DNA of 63,757 nucleotides, counting the filler. It is 8 parts of 8 records of this genome, joined end to end, with 100 filler letters (N's around TTAATTAATTAA, not from the genome) between each part and the next. Parts side by side here need not be neighbours in the genome. Positions count along the whole stretch, not along the records: positions 1 to 16,672 come from SRR20825010_2174; 7 more parts are not named here. One strand, given 5' to 3'. Positions 1-8,649 of the stretch are shown piece after piece. The translations under genes were made by a program, and so were the position numbers. Each line of letters starts with the position of its first letter. Within the stretch, counting starts at the first letter, position 1. The notes beneath the pieces are model-generated. The model was not told where the DNA came from, made no database searches, and was given only the letters and a program-made list of their open reading frames with translations.

Positions 1-104
1 ATTCCCCAGAGCCTGTTCTGAGTATATCGAGGTGTTCTACGTCGAAATGGATTAAATCATCTTTAATTTGAATACCTCGTAGACTTGCCTTGAGGTAGTT
101 GATT
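1..104. repeat. Intergenic REP/MITE-like repeat; nt 1-43 recur at 16630-16672
   Basis: attccccagagcctgttctgagtatatcgaggtgttctacgtc matches 16630-16672 at 40/43; hairpin tacctcg...tgaggta at about 73-97. Confidence 0.7.
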
Positions 105-147
105 ATTTTGATATTTACTTTTGTGGCCATTTTTTCAGTTTCTCCTT

Positions 148-1086
148 CTAATTATTCATAAGCTTATTTTCAAGAGGTGTTACTATTACTTTTGGCAGTA
201 GCTTGTTTACATCTTCAATTTTAAGCATTCCTAAGTCTTCATTTAAACAATTGGCTGCTCCACATGCAACGCCATACCTGGCAATATTTTCCATGTTGAG
301 GTTTTTTTCAACTGCATAAGTAATTCCTGCGGTAAGGCAGTCGCCACTACCAACGGTGCTTAGCACCTTATCAATGGTTACATTTGCATGGATTAATTTC
401 CCTTGGTAGTATAACCATAAACCTTCTTTTCCTTTTGTTATAGCGATAAGTTCTACCTTTACGCTTAACTTTTTTATAATAGACGGAATTGAATCTTCTT
501 TATATATAGATTTTAACTCGTCTTCATTAATATGGAGGCCAAAAAGTGATTGTTGTAATGCGTTTTTTAGTTGTTCTCCTGAGCAATCAATAATTACTTT
601 TTTTTGCTGACGATTACAAATTTCAATCAACAAATTATAAGCATTTTCTGGAGCTCCTTTAGGCCACGATCCAGAGATGCATACTAGAGAATGTTTGGAA
701 ACCGATTGTTGAAATGCTGTTGTAAATAACTCCCAATCTGTTTCTTTAAATTTTGGCCCTGGCTCTAAAAGTTCAGTATTGTTAAAAGCAGCTAGCGAGG
801 ATCTAAACGTATAGCATTTTCTGTTCTGTCCATCATCAAGTGTTATTCCATCAACGTCTATATTTTTAGTGCTGCAAGCAGTTTTGATCCATTGTCCTGT
901 TGTCCCTGCCCAGTTTCCAAAAAGTGTGGTTGCCATATTAAGCTCCTTTAATGCAAAGGCAACATGCGTAGCTTTTCCTCCAGGATACTCTTTTAATGCT
1001 AATATCCTATTTGCTTTTTTAGCTTCTATATTTTCTAGCCAAGCATAGGTGTCTATAGATGGATTTGGACAAACAGTTAAGATCAT
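148..1086 (-). CDS. 1-phosphofructokinase/LacC-family hexose kinase (probable tagatose-6-phosphate kinase)
   Basis: N-terminal ILTVCPNPSID, PGGKATHVA, PfkB signature STVGSGDCLTAG; directly downstream of agaS. Confidence 0.85.
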   Translation of the reverse strand: MILTVCPNPSIDTYAWLENIEAKKANRILALKEYPGGKATHVAFALKELNMATTLFGNWAGTTGQWIKTACSTKNIDVDGITLDDGQNRKCYTFRSSLAAFNNTELLEPGPKFKETDWELFTTAFQQSVSKHSLVCISGSWPKGAPENAYNLLIEICNRQQKKVIIDCSGEQLKNALQQSLFGLHINEDELKSIYKEDSIPSIIKKLSVKVELIAITKGKEGLWLYYQGKLIHANVTIDKVLSTVGSGDCLTAGITYAVEKNLNMENIARYGVACGAANCLNEDLGMLKIEDVNKLLPKVIVTPLENKLMNN

Positions 1087-1090
1087 TTCA

Positions 1091-2236
1091 TTATTTTTTG
1101 TAAATATTAACTCCTTGAACCACTCTGTTAATAGCTCCAGAAACCGAAGGGTTGTCTGGGTTTAAGCCTAAGTTTAGCGATTTGTGCAACCCTAAAAGCT
1201 GACCTATTAATGTAACAGGAATTAGTTGTAATATATTGTTGTTAACCGCTTGAAAAGGAATTCTAGTAGAATTTTCAATAGTTATATCATTGAAGCCTCC
1301 AACCAAAATAGATTGAATATTTCTAGGATCTTTAGCGATGTCTTCCACTAAATCCTTTTCATATTTAAAGGCGTGCTCATCTTCAGAAAATAAATATACA
1401 AGCAGTGTGTTTGCGTTAACCACAGCTCTTGGTCCATGTCTAAAACCTAAAAACGAATCGAATTTACAAATAACCTTACCGTCAGTTAATTCTTGTAATT
1501 TTAAATGAGATTCTCTCGCAATACCTAATTTCTCTCCAGAACCTAAAAACACGACTCTTTCAAAGGCTCTTTCTGCTATTTTAGAAAAAATTTCTTGATT
1601 TTTTATAATAGTAGTAGCCTGTTTACATATAGTTTCTAGAACTTGTTCTTTTTTGTCTATGTTTTTAATGTCTGAAACTAATATAGCGGTAAGAAGCATA
1701 CAGGTAAAACTACTTGTCATTGCTAAACTTTTATCATTAGTTTCTTCTGGTAAAATAATACTATAACATGGACTTTTTGTTTCCTTATTGTAATTGGCTA
1801 ATTCTCCATTTTTATTACAAGTAATAATTAAGTGGTGAACATTATTACAATATTTATCTGCTAAGGAAACTGCTTCTAGACTTTCTGGGCTATTACCAGA
1901 TCTTGCAAAAGAAATTAATAAGGTAGGAGTGTCTTTTATAAAGAAAAAATCTGGATGCGTAACAAGGTCTGTGGTAGCAATAGGTTGCGTTAACTGGTTG
2001 GTTTGCTTTTGAATGATGCTTTGAGCTGCCTCTCCAATAAATGCTGAAGAACCTGCACCAGTTACAATTATTCTAAGATTATTGATATCTAAAATAGGTT
2101 GTAAATAATTAGAGATGTCTTCTTTATTTTTTTTCAGTAGAAGAAAAGTCTCTAACCATAATCTAGGCTGTGCATTAATTTCTTGAACAGTATAAAGATC
2201 TTGACAGCTTTCAGTATTATTATTCATCTTTTTCAT
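1091..2236 (-). CDS. agaS: SIS-domain galactosamine-6-phosphate deaminase/isomerase AgaS
   Basis: TxQEINAQP, TGAGSSAF, SFARSGNSPES, AMTSSF, GFRHGP, NPDNPSxSGAINRVVQGV motifs; start placed at MKKMNN. Confidence 0.88.
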   Translation of the reverse strand: MKKMNNNTESCQDLYTVQEINAQPRLWLETFLLLKKNKEDISNYLQPILDINNLRIIVTGAGSSAFIGEAAQSIIQKQTNQLTQPIATTDLVTHPDFFFIKDTPTLLISFARSGNSPESLEAVSLADKYCNNVHHLIITCNKNGELANYNKETKSPCYSIILPEETNDKSLAMTSSFTCMLLTAILVSDIKNIDKKEQVLETICKQATTIIKNQEIFSKIAERAFERVVFLGSGEKLGIARESHLKLQELTDGKVICKFDSFLGFRHGPRAVVNANTLLVYLFSEDEHAFKYEKDLVEDIAKDPRNIQSILVGGFNDITIENSTRIPFQAVNNNILQLIPVTLIGQLLGLHKSLNLGLNPDNPSVSGAINRVVQGVNIYKK

Positions 2237-2406
2237 ATTTATATAGTGAAGACTAATAGTCATCTTACGCAAATTAAAAGAAAATAATTCGAAAATAAAA
2301 ATTATCACATAAGCTTTTTATTTTCGTTTTATATGTTTTTTTGTGTTTTTAAAACAATTTCGAAAGTTAAATATTTATTATTTTTTGTTTAATTGTAATA
2401 TTTTTA

Positions 2407-2449
2407 TACATTGCAATGTAAATGAAAGTTTTTGTTGTGTGTATGTTTG
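2407..2449. promoter_or_regulatory. Perfect 14-bp palindrome and Bacteroidetes -7 box in the divergent agaS/susC intergenic region
   Basis: TACATTGCAATGTA at 2407-2420; TATGTTTG (TAnnTTTG) at 2442-2449 upstream of susC. Confidence 0.4.
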
Positions 2450-2524
2450 TTTAAAAGTTGTATAACATTGCTTTTTCAACAAGAATTTGAGTTTAACATA
2501 AATTACTAACCTAATTTTTTAATA

Positions 2525-5500
2525 ATGAAGAAACATTTATTTGTAAGTTTTATTACGGTTTTGTGTTGTATGGTTTCTTTTGCGCAAGAAAAAACCATTA
2601 CAGGAACAGTGACCGATTCAGAATCCGGTATACCCATTCCCGGCGCAAACGTAATGGTGCAGAACACAACCAAAGGGGCAGTAACCGATTTTGATGGAAA
2701 TTACTCTATTTCTGTTGAAGAAGGAGCTACACTACTTTTTACTTACATTGGTTATAAAGAGAAAAAAGTCCTAGTAGGGGGGGCTAACGCTATAAATGTT
2801 AGTATGGAAATTTCAGCCTCTGAGTTAGAAGAAGTAGTTGTAGTAGGTTATGGAAGTCAGAAAAAGAGCGACTTAACAGGTGCAATAGCTTCTCTAAGTT
2901 CAGAAGATTTAACCTCTGGAGGGTCGGTAAGTAATGTAGCTCAAGCAATTCAAGGAAAAGCATCTGGTGTAGTTGTTACTCAAAACTCCAAAGCGCCAGG
3001 AGGGAGCATGTCTATTCGTATTAGGGGTAATAACTCGGTAAGTAGTACCAATGAACCTTTATATGTGGTTGATGGATTCCCTACGGATAATGGAGTTAAC
3101 ATAAATCCTGACGATATAGCATCTATGGAAATTTTAAAAGATGCATCTGCTACAGCTATATATGGTTCTAGAGGAGCAAATGGCGTTGTGTTAATTACAA
3201 CAAAAAGAGGAAAAGAAGGGGTGAGTAGTATAACTGTGAACTCTTATACAAGTGTACAGAATGTAATTAATCCATTCAATATGCTTAACGGAAAGGATTA
3301 TATGAATTTGGCTAATGATTTGTATATGGAAATACCTGGGCAAGAAGGACAGACAAATGGTGTGTATACAAAATCTCAATTACAATCGGATGTTAATACA
3401 GACTGGGTTGATGCTACAACGAGAACAGGAATTATTCAAAATTATGGTTTTCAGATTACTGGAGGTACAGAAAAGACAAAAATATTAACAAGTGTTGGGT
3501 ATTTTGATCAAGATGGAGTTTTAAAAAATACAAACTTCTCGAGAGTATCTGGGAGAATAAATATAGATCATCAAATTAACAATTTCATGAAAACGGGAGT
3601 TAGTATGATGGCACAACGGGAAAAATCTAATTATCAAATATATAGTGGTAATATACTAAACTCTAATGTGTTGTATAGTATTTTAACTTATGATCCTACT
3701 GTTCCTGTATATAATTCGGATGGGTCATTTGCTCGGCCTCCAGGAGGAAGAGGCGATAACCCATTAGCAAATCTTCATGCAAGGCAAAATGATAGTCAAA
3801 AAGATGCCTTTAATGGGACATTGTATTTTGAATTTGATTTAGCAAAAGGTTTGAAAGCCAGAATGGATGCGGGTACAGAAATAAGGTACGAGGGTATAGG
3901 TACATACCTTTCTCGTGATTCTTACCAAGGAAGCATAGATAATGGTGTGGCTTCTACCGTTGATTACAACTTAACACATAATTTATTTGATTTATTTCTT
4001 ACGTATGATAAACAATTTGCAGAGAACCATAAGTTTCAGATTATGGGTGGATATTCTTATGAGAAATATGTAAATACTCAAAAAGGAATTAATGTGTATG
4101 GTTTTTCAACAGATATTTTTGGGTATAATAACTTAGGAGCTGCATCAACTATTACGGGTGTTTCTTCTTATAAGTCAGAAAACTCATTAGCGTCATTTTT
4201 TGGTAGGGCAAATTACACATTTAGTGATAAATATCTGCTCACATTTACGGTTAGAGCTGATGGTTCATCAAGGTTTGGAGAAGATAATCGTTGGGGAGTT
4301 TTTCCATCAGGTTCTTTTGCGTGGAGGGTTATTAACGAATCCTTTATGGAAAATCAAAAAATGTTTTCTGATTTAAAATTTAGAATTGGATACGGTAAAA
4401 CTGGTAATGAAAGAATTGGTAATTATGCTTCATACGGGCTAGTTTCAAATGCAAGTTATACTTTTAATGGAGAACAAAATTCTTCAGGTACATACCTTAA
4501 TAATACGTCGCCAGAGAACAGTAAATTAAAATGGGAAACTACAGATCAATACAATGTTGGTGTCGATTTTGGATTTTTTAATAATCGACTGAAATTTAAT
4601 TTAGATGGATATTATAAAGAAACTAAGAATTTATTGATAAGAACAAATCTTCCTTTGTATACGGGTTATAGATCTGGATTAAATAATGTTGGAGCGATAG
4701 AAAACAAAGGGTTTGAATTTGGAGTAGAATCAAAGAATTTTGTTAAAGAGAACTTTACATGGTCTACATTGCTCAATTTTGCAGTAAATCGTAATAAAGT
4801 AAAATCTTTAGGCGGGCAAAGCGAAATATTATTAACCTCTTCTAAACCTGTTGGGAATGTATCAGAAGAGGCATATGCAATTATTAGAGAGGAAGAACCA
4901 CTAGGCTCTTTATTTGGGTATAAATACGTTGGCGTGTTACAGCAGGGAGAGACATATGCTGCTCAACCAAATTCGGTTGCGGGAGATCCATTATTTGAAG
5001 ATGTTAATGGTGATGGTATTATAAGTTCTGCAGATAGAACCATTATAGGAAATGCATCTCCAGATGTAACTTTTGGTTTTACAAATAACTTCACGTATAA
5101 AGATTTTGATTTTTCTGTTTTTATATATGGAAATGCTGGGAATGATTTGTTGAATATGTCGAGAATGAACCTCGAATGGAATAGAACTCAAGAATCTTTA
5201 AATAGATGGACACCTCAAAACACAGATACCGATTTGCCGAGAAACGGATTTTATTATAGCCAATACGGAGGGTATGTTAATAACCATTTTATAGAAGATG
5301 CCTCGTTTATAAGGTTAAGAAATTTAACTGTTGGATATACACTACCATTAGAGTCTGAGAGTATTAGGTCTATACGATTGTATCTCATGGGAGAAAATCT
5401 ATTTACAATTACTTCATATAGCGGATGGGATCCAGAAGTAGATACAAAAGGATACGAAAACAATAATGGAATTAGCTCTGGAGGAAATCAACAAGCGGCT

Positions 5501-5578
5501 AATGCAGGTGCGGGGTTAGATTTTAATTCTTACCCAAGTATGTTAACTTTTACTTTTGGATTAAGTGTAAATTTTTAA
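2525..5578 (+). CDS. susC: SusC/RagA TonB-dependent transporter
   Basis: Carboxypeptidase-like N-domain, LEEVVVVGYG, ILKDASATAIYGSRGANGVVLITTKRG plug, LKWETT, C-terminal Phe. Confidence 0.96.
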   Translation: MKKHLFVSFITVLCCMVSFAQEKTITGTVTDSESGIPIPGANVMVQNTTKGAVTDFDGNYSISVEEGATLLFTYIGYKEKKVLVGGANAINVSMEISASELEEVVVVGYGSQKKSDLTGAIASLSSEDLTSGGSVSNVAQAIQGKASGVVVTQNSKAPGGSMSIRIRGNNSVSSTNEPLYVVDGFPTDNGVNINPDDIASMEILKDASATAIYGSRGANGVVLITTKRGKEGVSSITVNSYTSVQNVINPFNMLNGKDYMNLANDLYMEIPGQEGQTNGVYTKSQLQSDVNTDWVDATTRTGIIQNYGFQITGGTEKTKILTSVGYFDQDGVLKNTNFSRVSGRINIDHQINNFMKTGVSMMAQREKSNYQIYSGNILNSNVLYSILTYDPTVPVYNSDGSFARPPGGRGDNPLANLHARQNDSQKDAFNGTLYFEFDLAKGLKARMDAGTEIRYEGIGTYLSRDSYQGSIDNGVASTVDYNLTHNLFDLFLTYDKQFAENHKFQIMGGYSYEKYVNTQKGINVYGFSTDIFGYNNLGAASTITGVSSYKSENSLASFFGRANYTFSDKYLLTFTVRADGSSRFGEDNRWGVFPSGSFAWRVINESFMENQKMFSDLKFRIGYGKTGNERIGNYASYGLVSNASYTFNGEQNSSGTYLNNTSPENSKLKWETTDQYNVGVDFGFFNNRLKFNLDGYYKETKNLLIRTNLPLYTGYRSGLNNVGAIENKGFEFGVESKNFVKENFTWSTLLNFAVNRNKVKSLGGQSEILLTSSKPVGNVSEEAYAIIREEEPLGSLFGYKYVGVLQQGETYAAQPNSVAGDPLFEDVNGDGIISSADRTIIGNASPDVTFGFTNNFTYKDFDFSVFIYGNAGNDLLNMSRMNLEWNRTQESLNRWTPQNTDTDLPRNGFYYSQYGGYVNNHFIEDASFIRLRNLTVGYTLPLESESIRSIRLYLMGENLFTITSYSGWDPEVDTKGYENNNGISSGGNQQAANAGAGLDFNSYPSMLTFTFGLSVNF

Positions 5579-5589
5579 AAAGAAATAAG

Positions 5590-7140
5590 ATGATTAATTA
5601 TAAAAAACATATAAAATACTTTGTATTTTCCTCTCTAGCCATAGCTATTATAGCATGTACAAAATTAGAGCCAGAGTTGTATAGCGATTTAACTACTAAA
5701 AACGCATATAATACAGAAAGTGATATTGACGCAGCATTAACTGGAACATATGCTAAGTTAAACCCATTTCCTGGTGATGCTTATCTGTATTACGCGGGAT
5801 ATTTAGTAATGATAACAGATTACGCAACAGATATGGGGTTTTCTACAGCAGCAGGAGACCCAACAAAGATGAGTAACTTCACCTATGACGATAATAACAG
5901 GTATTTCCGATTAAATTGGCAAAATATGTATGAGGTAATTGGGAGTGTGAATATACTATTAGGGAGAATTGAAAATGTAGAGATGGATGCTGTTAAAAAG
6001 AATCAAATTATTGGGCAAGCACGGTTTTTAAGGGCATTGGCATATAAAGATTTAACAGACTCATGGGGGCCTGTGCCATTAATAACAAGTTCCGAAAATC
6101 CTAGTGATAGCTTTAACCTCCCTTTATCTCCTGTTGAGGAAGTAAATAAATTTATAATTGAAGACTGTAAGTTTGCAATTGATAACTTACCAACGCAATG
6201 GGATCCAGAGTACGGTATAGGTAGGGTAACAAAAGGAGCAGCATTAACCCTTTTAGGGAAAACATATATGAGGTCTCATGATTATACAAATGCCAAAATT
6301 TATATAGATCAAGTATTGAAATTAAGAGATGAAGGAGTCTATTCTTTAAATCCTGATTTTAAAAACGAATGGTCTGATACCAATAAAATTGATATGGGAC
6401 TAATTTTCGGGATTTTACACGAATCGTCACAAAATGGTGGAGAAATAACAAATCATTTTGGACCTTCAGATCATAAAGAAGTTCAGAATAGATGGCAGTA
6501 TTATGCAGTTTCGTTGCCTTTTTGGAGAAATTATTCAGATCAAGATCCAAGAAAAGATTTCTTCTATTATAATTACGAAGGGAATGATCCAAGAGATGGA
6601 AATACTTCTCACGGTTTTTATTATAAAGTGCCTGAAATAGGAGAAACAGTCCCGCCAAACGATACAACCAAACTACTTCAAAATGTAGCTACAAAGAAAT
6701 ATTCATACGAATTGGTTTCCAATTCTTATTTAGATGGTAGAACAATACAGATATTTAGATTAGCAGATGTAATACTCTGCAAGGCAGAAATTGAGAATGC
6801 TTTAAATGGACCAGGGGCTGCACTTCCATATATTAATGAGGTAAGAGCAAGAGCAGGAGCTCCTGAATATGGAAGCAGTGCAGAGTTCCCAATTCCTGCA
6901 AGTAAAGAGGGAATGATTGACGTGCTAATAGATGAGAGAGGGTATGAACTTGTTTTTGAATATCATAGAAGAGCAGATCTTATAAGACTTGGTAAGTATG
7001 TTGAAATATGTAATGCTTATTTAGTTGAGAGAGGAATGAGTCCAATTGTAACTGAAAATTTAAGGTATTTCCCTTATCCATTGGATGAAGTAATGATTAA
7101 TGACCAAATGGCAGCCGAAAATGCATCTAGAATTCCTTAA
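5590..7140 (+). CDS. susD: SusD/RagB glycan-binding lipoprotein
   Basis: Lipobox IIAC, GQARFLRALAY, WGPVPL, FRLADVIL, ERGYELVFE, DLIR motifs; follows susC. Confidence 0.95.
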   Translation: MINYKKHIKYFVFSSLAIAIIACTKLEPELYSDLTTKNAYNTESDIDAALTGTYAKLNPFPGDAYLYYAGYLVMITDYATDMGFSTAAGDPTKMSNFTYDDNNRYFRLNWQNMYEVIGSVNILLGRIENVEMDAVKKNQIIGQARFLRALAYKDLTDSWGPVPLITSSENPSDSFNLPLSPVEEVNKFIIEDCKFAIDNLPTQWDPEYGIGRVTKGAALTLLGKTYMRSHDYTNAKIYIDQVLKLRDEGVYSLNPDFKNEWSDTNKIDMGLIFGILHESSQNGGEITNHFGPSDHKEVQNRWQYYAVSLPFWRNYSDQDPRKDFFYYNYEGNDPRDGNTSHGFYYKVPEIGETVPPNDTTKLLQNVATKKYSYELVSNSYLDGRTIQIFRLADVILCKAEIENALNGPGAALPYINEVRARAGAPEYGSSAEFPIPASKEGMIDVLIDERGYELVFEYHRRADLIRLGKYVEICNAYLVERGMSPIVTENLRYFPYPLDEVMINDQMAAENASRIP

Positions 7141-7152
7141 ACAAAATATATA

Positions 7153-8649
7153 ATGAGTAATTTAAAAAAGATAATTATTCTGTTATTGTTATGTATAGTG
7201 GGGTGGGGTGTGTATTATATTACAGTTAATAATGTAAAAATAGTAGAAGTAGAGCTTACATCACCCGATAATTCTGCGCTTAAAGAAGATATTAGAATAG
7301 TATTGAATAAACCATCTTCTGTTTATATTGAATATTGGAAAGAAGGAGCTGAAAATAAATATAGAACTAAGACCTCTAAAAAGAAGGTGAATCATGAAAT
7401 TCACCTTCTTCTTCTTGAGCCAGAAGCAACATACCAATATAAAATTGTTGTAGAAGGACTCATCAATAATAGTACAGATGTTAAAACTTTTGAGACTAGA
7501 GAAGCTTCTCCTTGGATGGTGCATAATTGGATAAAAGAAGATCAACCGCACGACGCTACTGCACTGGGAGGAGGAATGGTAATGCTTTGTTATAGAGGAT
7601 TCCCAGGATACATAGCTATTGTTGATGGCAAAGGTACAGTAAGATGGTACTGGCAAGATGATAATCTAGGTGTTAGAATAGCGACTATTACTCCACGTAA
7701 TACTATTATTGCACTATTAGCCCCTGCTACAAAAGATGAGTTTAAAAAAACAACAAATGTAGCAAAAGCAGATGTTGCCAGTTATTATTTAAGAACTGGA
7801 AAAACAGGATTTGTTGGAGGAACAGAAATTGTAGAGATAGACCTTGAAGGAAATGAATTATGGCGCATAAATATAGAGGATAAAGGGATTGTATTTCATC
7901 ATGATATACAGATGAATGATAGAGATCAAATCATGAGTATTTATAGAGATTATAAAATGTATGATTTGAAAGGAATGGGCGCAGCTAAAGATACTTTATG
8001 GGGAGATGGAGTCATGATTATGGATACGCTAGGGAATGTAGTTGATAAATGGTCTGCATGGGATGTTTGGGACTTGTCAATAGATAAAAAAATAAAAGAA
8101 TATTCAGGAGATCGTTTTCATTTCAATTCGATAAGACTTGATAAAAATGGAAATTATTTACTATCAACTCCAATAGAGAATCAGGTATGGAATGTTAATC
8201 CGAGTACAGGAGAGATTGTATGGAAACTTGGAGAAGGAGGAGATTTTAAAATGGATGCCAATTCATATTTTAATTTTCAACACGATGCTCATTTTAATAG
8301 AGAAGGAGATTTAATGCTCTTTGATAACGGAGATTTCTCTCCCAACGACACTACAAAAGTTAACAAGTTTTCAAGAAGTATCTCTTTTACTTTAGATACA
8401 GTTAACATGAAGGCTACCACTAAGATCGATGCAAGACTACCGTCTAGATATTATACTTCAAGAATGGGAGGATCCATTTTACTTCCTAATAATAATATTT
8501 TACATACAAGTTCTAAGACTGGAGGAGTTGTAGTGACTAACCAAGAAGGGAAAGTGTTTTGGGCGTTAAATGCCCATTTTATCCCATACCGAGTAGAATA
8601 TGTACCACAAACAATGTGGTCAAACTATTTTAAAACAACCCAAAGATGA
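7153..8649 (+). CDS. Arylsulfotransferase (ASST) family protein with N-terminal Ig-like domain
   Basis: N-terminal membrane anchor, HHD, HFNS, IVWKLG, QHDAH and LFDNG motifs typical of ASST beta-propellers. Confidence 0.8.
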   Translation: MSNLKKIIILLLLCIVGWGVYYITVNNVKIVEVELTSPDNSALKEDIRIVLNKPSSVYIEYWKEGAENKYRTKTSKKKVNHEIHLLLLEPEATYQYKIVVEGLINNSTDVKTFETREASPWMVHNWIKEDQPHDATALGGGMVMLCYRGFPGYIAIVDGKGTVRWYWQDDNLGVRIATITPRNTIIALLAPATKDEFKKTTNVAKADVASYYLRTGKTGFVGGTEIVEIDLEGNELWRINIEDKGIVFHHDIQMNDRDQIMSIYRDYKMYDLKGMGAAKDTLWGDGVMIMDTLGNVVDKWSAWDVWDLSIDKKIKEYSGDRFHFNSIRLDKNGNYLLSTPIENQVWNVNPSTGEIVWKLGEGGDFKMDANSYFNFQHDAHFNREGDLMLFDNGDFSPNDTTKVNKFSRSISFTLDTVNMKATTKIDARLPSRYYTSRMGGSILLPNNNILHTSSKTGGVVVTNQEGKVFWALNAHFIPYRVEYVPQTMWSNYFKTTQR

